Shown here: positions 58,055-64,000 of the stretch, piece by piece
How positions within the stretch are numbered: the stretch's first letter is position 1
Layout: the number at the start of each line of letters is the position of its first letter
Source: Hylemonella sp.
GTDB lineage: Bacteria; Pseudomonadota; Gammaproteobacteria; Burkholderiales; Burkholderiaceae_C
DNA length: 64,000 bases
Direction of reading: 5' to 3'
Assembly (NCBI GenBank): GCA_040376915.1
Contig: JBEIPS010000001.1
Coordinates: 11,296-75,295, forward strand
Notes under the pieces: model-generated
Told to the model about the DNA's origin: nothing
Databases searched by the model: none
Seen by the model: the letters and a program-made list of their open reading frames with translations, nothing else
Translations under genes and position numbers: made by a program

Positions 58055-59231
58055 GACCCGGCGCCCCGAACGCATCCTGCTGGTCCACAACGCCTACCAG
58101 CAGCGCGGTGGCGAGGACATGGTGGCCGAGGCCGAGGCCGCCCTGCTGCGCGCGCACGGTCATGCGGTGATCGAATACCGCCGTCACAACGACGAGATCG
58201 CAGGCCAGTCCAGGGCCGACATCGCCCTGCAGACGCTCTGGAGCCGTCGCACGATGCGCGAGATGGGCAAGCTGCTGGATGACGAGCTGCCGGATGTCGT
58301 GCACGTGCACAACACCTTCCCCCTGATCTCGCCCTCGCTCTACACGGCCTGTGCGCAGGCCGGTGTGCCGGTGGTGCAGACCCTGCACAACTTCCGTCTG
58401 CTGTGCCCGCAGGCCATGTTCCTGCGTGAAGGCAGGGTTTGCGAAGACTGCCTGGGCCGGCTCCCCTGGCGCGGCGCGGTACGCGGCTGTTACCGCGACT
58501 CACGCCTGCAGAGCACGGTGCTGACGGGCATGCTGCTCACGCACCGGGCCCTGGGAACCTGGCAGCAGCACATCACACGCTACATCGCGCTCAACGATTT
58601 CTGCCGCGACAAGTTCATTGCCGGCGGTCTGCCGGCCGAACGCATCTCGGTCAAGCCCAATTTTGTGGACTTCGCCCTGCCCCCACCGGGAACACGCAAG
58701 GGCTTTCTTTTCGTCGGCCGTCTGTCACCCGAGAAGGGGGTGTCGGTGCTGGGCCGGGCGACCCGGATGCTCGACAGCATCGAGCTGCGGGTCGCCGGCA
58801 CCGGGCCGGAAGCCGCTGCGCTGGCGGACCTGCCGGGGGTGGATCTGCTGGGTGGGCTGGACATGGGCGCCGTGTACCGGCAGATGTGCCGGTCCGAGGC
58901 GCTGGTGCTGCCCAGCATCTGGTACGAGAACTTTCCCCGTACCCTGGTGGAAGCCTATGCCTGCGGCCTGCCCGTGATCGCAAGCCGGATCGGGGCGCTG
59001 GCCGAACTGGTGCGCGATGGAGAGACCGGACTGCTGTTCGAGCCCGGCGATCCTTCGGCCCTGGCCACCTGTCTGCGCTGGGCCCAGGCCCACCCGCGCG
59101 AGATGGCGGCCATGGGCCAGCGCGCGCGCGCGCGCTACGAGGCCGAGTTCACGGGTGAACGCAACTACGGCCAGCTCATGACCATCTACCGGCAAGCCAT
59201 GGCTGAAACCCCCGCATCGCAAGCCGCCTGA
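58047..59231 (+). CDS. Glycosyltransferase family 4
   Basis: VHNAYQQRGGED, FVGRLSPEKG, WYENFPRTLVEAYACGLPVIAS. Confidence 0.93.
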   Translation: MAETRRPERILLVHNAYQQRGGEDMVAEAEAALLRAHGHAVIEYRRHNDEIAGQSRADIALQTLWSRRTMREMGKLLDDELPDVVHVHNTFPLISPSLYTACAQAGVPVVQTLHNFRLLCPQAMFLREGRVCEDCLGRLPWRGAVRGCYRDSRLQSTVLTGMLLTHRALGTWQQHITRYIALNDFCRDKFIAGGLPAERISVKPNFVDFALPPPGTRKGFLFVGRLSPEKGVSVLGRATRMLDSIELRVAGTGPEAAALADLPGVDLLGGLDMGAVYRQMCRSEALVLPSIWYENFPRTLVEAYACGLPVIASRIGALAELVRDGETGLLFEPGDPSALATCLRWAQAHPREMAAMGQRARARYEAEFTGERNYGQLMTIYRQAMAETPASQAA

Positions 59232-59360
59232 CAGGCACCCGGACCTGCCCGCGCGACAGTCCGTACCCCTGCAAATCTGTCGCCTGCTGTGACTTTGCAC
59301 AGGTCTGCAGCGCAGGGGCCTTACAGAGTGTCACAAATTGCATGACCCTCCTTCTTTGTT

Positions 59361-59376
59361 TAGTCCGATCGGCCCA
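59361..59376. promoter_or_regulatory. 16-bp palindromic motif copy (TAGTCCGATCGGCCCA)
   Basis: In the 230-bp gap upstream of the WecG-family gene. Confidence 0.62.
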
Positions 59377-59461
59377 CGCCGGACCGTGCACGCCGAGCGG
59401 TCCTGTCACGCGCTCCCCGTAAGCTGAATTTCCACGCAGCAACAACACATGGAGCAGCATC

Positions 59462-60286
59462 TTGAACAGCAAATTTCCGGGCATGGAAGGGCTAGCCGAC
59501 ATCTCGGCACATGTCTTGCCCCGCAGCAGCCTTATCCGCGCCCGGCACCGCTACGAGGTGCTTGAGACCCCGATAGACGCACTGGCCTGGGACCAGGTAA
59601 TGGTGCGCATCCACGAGTGGGCCCGACAACGTCAGAGCCGCTACGTCTGCACCTGCAACGTCCATTCGGTGGTGACGGCGCGCAGCGATCCGGCCTTTGC
59701 CCAGGCACTGAATCACGCTGACATGACCACACCGGACGGCGCGCCGGTGGCGTGGATGCTGCGTCGTTTCGGCGCCCGCGAGCAACAGCGCATCAATGGC
59801 CCCGACATGATGTGGCGCTATTGCGCGGAGGCAGCGCAGCGCGATGAGTCCATCTTTCTCTATGGCGGCAAACCGCAGACCCTGGAGTATCTTCAGGCGA
59901 AGCTGTTGCAGGCCTTCCCGGGCCTGCGTATCGCCGGCGCCGAGTCGCCGCCCTTTCGCAGCCTGACCCCGGAAGAAGACGAGGCCGTTGTGCAGCGCAT
60001 CAACGCTTCCGGGGCCGGAACGGTCTGGGTCAGCCTGGGTTGCCCCAAGCAGGAGCTGTGGATGGCGGCCCATCGCGGCCGCGTCCAGGCAGTGATGATC
60101 GGCGTGGGGGCGGCCTTCGACTTCCATGCCGGCACCGTGGCCCGCGCCCCCCTGTGGATGCAACATCACGGCCTGGAGTGGCTGCATCGGCTGGCCACCG
60201 AGCCGCGTCGCCTGTGGCGGCGTTACCTGGTCACCAACCCCCTGTTCATCGTAGGCGCCTTGCGCCAGCTGGCGCAACGCGACTAG
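59462..60286 (+). CDS. WecB/TagA/CpsF (WecG, GT26) glycosyltransferase
   Basis: PDGAPV, RINGPD, VWVSLGCPKQELW, GVGAAFDF, GLEWLHRL..EPRRL; start may be ATG 59483. Confidence 0.94.
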   Translation: MNSKFPGMEGLADISAHVLPRSSLIRARHRYEVLETPIDALAWDQVMVRIHEWARQRQSRYVCTCNVHSVVTARSDPAFAQALNHADMTTPDGAPVAWMLRRFGAREQQRINGPDMMWRYCAEAAQRDESIFLYGGKPQTLEYLQAKLLQAFPGLRIAGAESPPFRSLTPEEDEAVVQRINASGAGTVWVSLGCPKQELWMAAHRGRVQAVMIGVGAAFDFHAGTVARAPLWMQHHGLEWLHRLATEPRRLWRRYLVTNPLFIVGALRQLAQRD

Positions 60287-60300
60287 TCACAGAAAGAGCG

Positions 60301-60324
60301 CGGGCCACCCTGTCGGGTGGCCCG
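60301..60324. terminator. GC-rich hairpin after the wecG-like gene
   Basis: CGGGCCACCC-TGTC-GGGTGGCCCG perfect 10-bp stem; no clear U tract. Confidence 0.45.
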
Positions 60325-60658
60325 GCAGCCGCCGCCCACGTGTCACACCGGCTCCTGCATCCCGTGCGGGAGCTCAGCACCCAGAACGTCGACGCGCCAC
60401 TCCCGCCGGCCTGCACGACCGACGGGCGCCTGCGTCCACCCTGATCTGTGAAGGTTCTCTCCTGATCGGCCAGCACCTCGCATGTCGTTGGTGGCCGCAG
60501 GTGATGGCGGCATCGTCACCTGCGACAGACCGCTGATCTCTGAGGGGCTCATCGGGAATGCTGAACAGGCCCAACCCGTGCGGGCCGGGCCCGCCGCAGG
60601 CCTCCGCAAACTGTTGAGTCTCAGGATGCGGGTTGTGACCAGCCCGGCACGAAGGTCC

Positions 60659-61651
60659 TTATTCGGCCGGATCCTGGCGCGTCTTGCGACGGCGGACCAC
60701 GGCACCCATCAGCCCCAGGCCAGCCAGCAGCATCGCATAGCTTTCTGCCTCCGGCACGGCGGAGAGGACGATCAGCTGGGACCGGGGATTGGCGGGGATG
60801 ACGCCGTCCTGGATCTGTTCGGCCACCAGATAGATGGTGCCATTCTGATCCACCGTGACACCTTCGATGCCGTTGCTGGACAGGACAGTGGAAAGGTCAA
60901 AGATGCTCTTGATCTGGCCCTGGCGGTTGACTTCGATCAGCTGGCGCGAGCCCAGGCTCAGCACCAGCAGGTTGTCGGCCGCTGCGGTGCCCGAAAGCGC
61001 ATCCACGGGCGAGAGCGTCTGCACGTCAGACAGGGTGCCCAGGCCCATCAGCGTGGGGTTGAACAGCTGCGTCATGGTGGAGCTGCCAGCCAGGCCTGCG
61101 GCAAAGGTGAGGCTGCCGGCGAGGATATTCTGGGGGTTCTCCTGCTTGACAGCGACAAAGCTGCCGTCGCGCGGGTCGTAGCTGATCCCTTCCATGCCGC
61201 TGTTGTTGTTCGTGTAGCCCGTGACTACGTGCGTGGAGTTGCCGATCAGGTTGGCAGTGCCGTCTTTTGCATAGCTGAACCTGTAGGCGTCGTACAGACG
61301 CTCTTCACCCACCACCAGCACACCATTGCCCAGATAGGTCAGGCCCTCGGTGTCGTGCTTGTTGCTGCCGGTGCCGGTCCAGTTGAAGGCCATGGTTCCA
61401 AGGGTCTGCCCGGTGGTGGAGATCTCGACCACGCCCGTGCCTTCGTCACCTACATAGAACAAAGTGCCGCGGTCGCGGGCGTAAGTCACCGCTGACGCCT
61501 CCAGGCCCGACACGCCGGTGCCCAGACCGCTGAGGCTGTCGAGGGCGAAGATGCCGCTGACCTGGTAGTTGCCGAGGTTGATGGAGTCCGCCGCGCTGGC
61601 GCACAGGCTGGTGGCTGCGAGTGCGGCCAGGAATATCTGCTTGAGTTGCAT
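60659..61651 (-). CDS. PEP-CTERM protein with SdiA-regulated/YjiK-like beta-propeller
   Basis: Signal peptide; EASAVTY, DTEGLTY, GMEGISYD, GIEGVTVD repeats; VPEAESYAMLLAGLGLMGAVVRRRK. Confidence 0.88.
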   Translation of the reverse strand: MQLKQIFLAALAATSLCASAADSINLGNYQVSGIFALDSLSGLGTGVSGLEASAVTYARDRGTLFYVGDEGTGVVEISTTGQTLGTMAFNWTGTGSNKHDTEGLTYLGNGVLVVGEERLYDAYRFSYAKDGTANLIGNSTHVVTGYTNNNSGMEGISYDPRDGSFVAVKQENPQNILAGSLTFAAGLAGSSTMTQLFNPTLMGLGTLSDVQTLSPVDALSGTAAADNLLVLSLGSRQLIEVNRQGQIKSIFDLSTVLSSNGIEGVTVDQNGTIYLVAEQIQDGVIPANPRSQLIVLSAVPEAESYAMLLAGLGLMGAVVRRRKTRQDPAE

Positions 61652-61678
61652 GTCGGTGCCTTTCTTGAACGCCAGGGA

Positions 61679-62347
61679 TCAGGCGCGGCGGCGACGCGCA
61701 ATGGCGCCGACCAGACCCAGGCCGGCCAGCAGCATGGCCAGGTTTTCCGGCTCCGGGACTGCGGCGATGCTGCCGGGCGAGCCGATTTCCATACCGGCCG
61801 CCGTTGCATGGGCGCCGTTCACGCCGACGACGCTCAGTTGCGTGATCGTGGTGCTGTTGAGGCCGGCCGCATTGTCGAAGGTCTGATACGGGGAAGCGGC
61901 GTCGGAGGTGCCAAATGCGACGTTGGCCTGCAGCGTGCCGGCGGCGTTGTAGATGTTGATGGCGTCACCTCCGGTGCTCAGGCCGATACCGGAGCCACTG
62001 TAGTAGCCGACGAGCGTACCGCCGCTGGCCCAGTTGCTTGCAAAGGTGGCGGTCGTGGCGGCACTGCCTTCCAGAAAAATTACGGACTGGCCCGCGCCGA
62101 TGCTGGTCACGCCATTGAGGGCCAGGGCACTTGCGAAGGAGTTGCTGCTGTCGTCCACCTTCCAACCGGCAATGTTGACAGCGGAAGGACCGAAGTTGGT
62201 GAGTTCGAACCAGTCGGCACCGACGGGAGAGTTGCCACTGCTCCAGGGGGCGACTTCTGTCACGCGCACCTGGGCATGGGCTGTCAGGGCGCAGGTTGCG
62301 AGCAGTGCGGCGACCAGGCCGAGCAGCGGTTTTTTCAGGGCAGGCAT
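61679..62347 (-). CDS. PEP-CTERM protein with lamin-tail-like domain
   Basis: QVRVTEV..DWFELTN.G...VNIAGWKVDD, GLSTGGDAI; VPEPENLAMLLAGLGLVG..ARRRR. Confidence 0.9.
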   Translation of the reverse strand: MPALKKPLLGLVAALLATCALTAHAQVRVTEVAPWSSGNSPVGADWFELTNFGPSAVNIAGWKVDDSSNSFASALALNGVTSIGAGQSVIFLEGSAATTATFASNWASGGTLVGYYSGSGIGLSTGGDAINIYNAAGTLQANVAFGTSDAASPYQTFDNAAGLNSTTITQLSVVGVNGAHATAAGMEIGSPGSIAAVPEPENLAMLLAGLGLVGAIARRRRA

Positions 62348-62445
62348 GAGAAGGCTCCAGTTGGTGGTGAGGACACACGGGGACCGCCGAGGTTGACGGT
62401 GTCCGGGCTGGAAAGCATTCTGCGCAGTGCGCACCACCGCCGCAA

Positions 62446-62461
62446 TGGTCCTTTCGGCTGA
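62446..62461. promoter_or_regulatory. 16-bp palindromic motif copy (TGGTCCTTTCGGCTGA)
   Basis: 99 nt upstream of start 62347; -10-like CAGAAT at 62422..62417 places the site centre near -42. Confidence 0.6.
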
Positions 62462-62541
62462 GGCAAGCCCGGAGGTCTGAAACAGTGACTGGCCGGATGC
62501 GCTGGAGGAAGCGCCGCGATGTGCGGGAGAGAGCCGCCGGC

Positions 62542-63453
62542 TCAGAAAGCCCGCCGGCCGCGCGACACAAGGCCCAGCAGTCCGAGACCGGCTATCAGCA
62601 TGAGCCCGCTTTCAGGCTCGGGCACCGGCGTCAGGATGACGCTGTTGATCCAGGGTGCGTAGGTCGACAGAACCACTCCGCCCCCGGCCGTTCCGTATTG
62701 ACCGCTGGTCTGTCCGGCTGTGAAGTAGGCCTGGAAGGTGTTGATGCCGGCAAGTTGCCATTGCCCGTTCACCATGACGAAGGCAGAGCTGCCGGAGTCG
62801 CCCGGCACCAGGGAGGCTTCCCGGTTGGCACCGAGCGTTCCGCCGCCCAGATGATTGCTCGTCAGATTGGGACCATCGTAGTCGAAGGCGTAGGTCTGTC
62901 TGATGCCCTTGGCATCGGCGAAGAGGAGGTCGGCAACGTTTTCTCCGGTCTTCTTGACGGTGGTGCTGCCGGCGTAGCTGACGAAAGTCAGGGCCTTGCC
63001 TTGAAGATTGCCGGAAAAGAGGCTGTAGAACGGGACATCCGACGGTACGGCGTCGGACAACCTGATGATGGCGAGGTCGGCATGGTTGGTGGGGTCCCCG
63101 GCGATATTCCCGCCAGTGCTTGCGGTGTAGTCCGGATTGATGAAGACCTGGCTCGCCGAGTAGGTCTGGCTGGAGCCCGCGTTGGTCTGGAAACTGATGC
63201 TCGACGGGTCCGCACCTGCCGCGACGTGCGCCGCAGTAAGGATGTAGCCGGGCGCGATCAGGGTCCCGGTGAACAGGTTGCCGCCTACGCTCAGGCTGCC
63301 GACACCGGCCCAGGGCGAAGCACCCGTGTTGGGATCGACGCCCGCGCCTCCTGCAAGCGCGAGCGCACCCAGCGGGGCGGCCAAAGCGGCAAGCAGGGCG
63401 CATCGGGCGGCGCGACGGGCCAGAACGGCGCCATTTGCTTGATGACTGTTCAT
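62542..63453 (-). CDS. PEP-CTERM trypsin-like serine protease
   Basis: Catalytic triad LTAAHV / DLAIIRL / GDSGS; VPEPESGLMLIAGLGLLGLVSRGRR. Confidence 0.92.
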   Translation of the reverse strand: MNSHQANGAVLARRAARCALLAALAAPLGALALAGGAGVDPNTGASPWAGVGSLSVGGNLFTGTLIAPGYILTAAHVAAGADPSSISFQTNAGSSQTYSASQVFINPDYTASTGGNIAGDPTNHADLAIIRLSDAVPSDVPFYSLFSGNLQGKALTFVSYAGSTTVKKTGENVADLLFADAKGIRQTYAFDYDGPNLTSNHLGGGTLGANREASLVPGDSGSSAFVMVNGQWQLAGINTFQAYFTAGQTSGQYGTAGGGVVLSTYAPWINSVILTPVPEPESGLMLIAGLGLLGLVSRGRRAF

Positions 63454-63570
63454 TCGGGTAAGCGCAGCTGTTGAAAATCGGGGGCGAGCCGGTGGTTTAC
63501 CCGCACTCTTCTGTTCTGCGTACGATATCCCCGCAACATTAAGCCAGTATGTCTGGGCCGTCCCGCTTCG

Positions 63571-63586
63571 TAGTCCGTAAGGCTCG
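63571..63586. promoter_or_regulatory. 16-bp palindromic motif copy (TAGTCCGTAAGGCTCG)
   Basis: 118 nt upstream of start 63453. Confidence 0.55.
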
Positions 63587-63678
63587 CAAGCATGCTTGTC
63601 GCGCGCGGCCTCACGCGAACCTGCCATGCACTCGCATGACATCGCGGCGCACCAGGCCGGCGCTGCGCAGTCCACCCT

Positions 63679-64000
63679 TCACTCGAAGAGCTTGGGCTGT
63701 CCACCCTGACGGGTAGCCTGGCGGCGGTCCACGAAGTAGCTGCTGCCCATGCTGCGCTTGGCGACCTTCTTGGTCTCGGCCAGCAGGGCAGACAGCTCGC
63801 CCAGGCTTTCGACACTGTCAGGCTCCACCACCACCAGGCCGGCCGAGATGCCGACCAGGGGATGAAAGACCTCCACGCCCTGGCGGTTCGGGGCTCGGAT
63901 GCCGCCCGCCTGCAGATCCTGCTGTGTGTAATAACCGCACACGTCATGGTCGAACGCCTGCAGCACGGCCTGAACGCGCTTCTCCCAGTCCGGCGAACGG
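63679..64000 (-). CDS. 3' end of a GGDEF-domain protein (EAL-CBS-GGDEF type); runs off window end
   Basis: DWE.RV..VL..F......YY...D..AGGI....RQG...F.PL..IS.G.V....AETKKVAK...GSS.FVDRR tail typical of this family. Confidence 0.7.
   Translation of the reverse strand, partial: RSPDWEKRVQAVLQAFDHDVCGYYTQQDLQAGGIRAPNRQGVEVFHPLVGISAGLVVVEPDSVESLGELSALLAETKKVAKRSMGSSYFVDRRQATRQGGQPKLFE

Noticed and set aside
1-64000. CRISPR arrays, tRNA/rRNA genes, intact transposases, integrases or prophage genes
   Set aside because: No regularly spaced repeats, RNA gene signatures or such ORFs were seen; the 16-bp palindromes are dispersed singly in promoter regions.

Overview
GC-rich betaproteobacterial-style (Burkholderiales/Rhodocyclales-like; inferred from gene content) chromosomal window that is almost entirely one cell-surface/extracellular-matrix island. 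Left to right: an ExeM/NucH nuclease (partial); a small scar region (IS3-like remnant, phoH fragment, low-GC ORFs); galE; a PEP-CTERM gene; a module of a 3418-aa DUF3739-type filamentous haemagglutinin-like TpsA and its TpsB together with a DUF2341-LamG-ExbB/ExbD/TonB motor, a putative porin, an ankyrin lipoprotein and a coiled-coil protein; a Cys-rich PstS-like secreted protein and a PEP-CTERM protein; the LuxR regulator EpsA at the end of an atypical type II secretion operon; an orphan divergent phoB/pstS pair; a methanolan-type eps operon with exosortase B (EpsH), EpsI, GDP-fucose genes, Wzx/Wzy, glycosyltransferases and a glycoside hydrolase; three more PEP-CTERM genes; and the 3' end of a GGDEF-type gene. 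Main observation read directly from the sequence: a 16-bp palindrome (TRGTCC-N4-GG[A/C]CCA) occurs nine times, always in intergenic DNA about 85-170 nt upstream of a transcription unit. Together with Pho-box-like repeats, this suggests one EpsA + PhoB controlled matrix-building and phosphate-scavenging system. No rRNA, tRNA or CRISPR array was seen. Family assignments come from motif recognition by eye, not from database searches.
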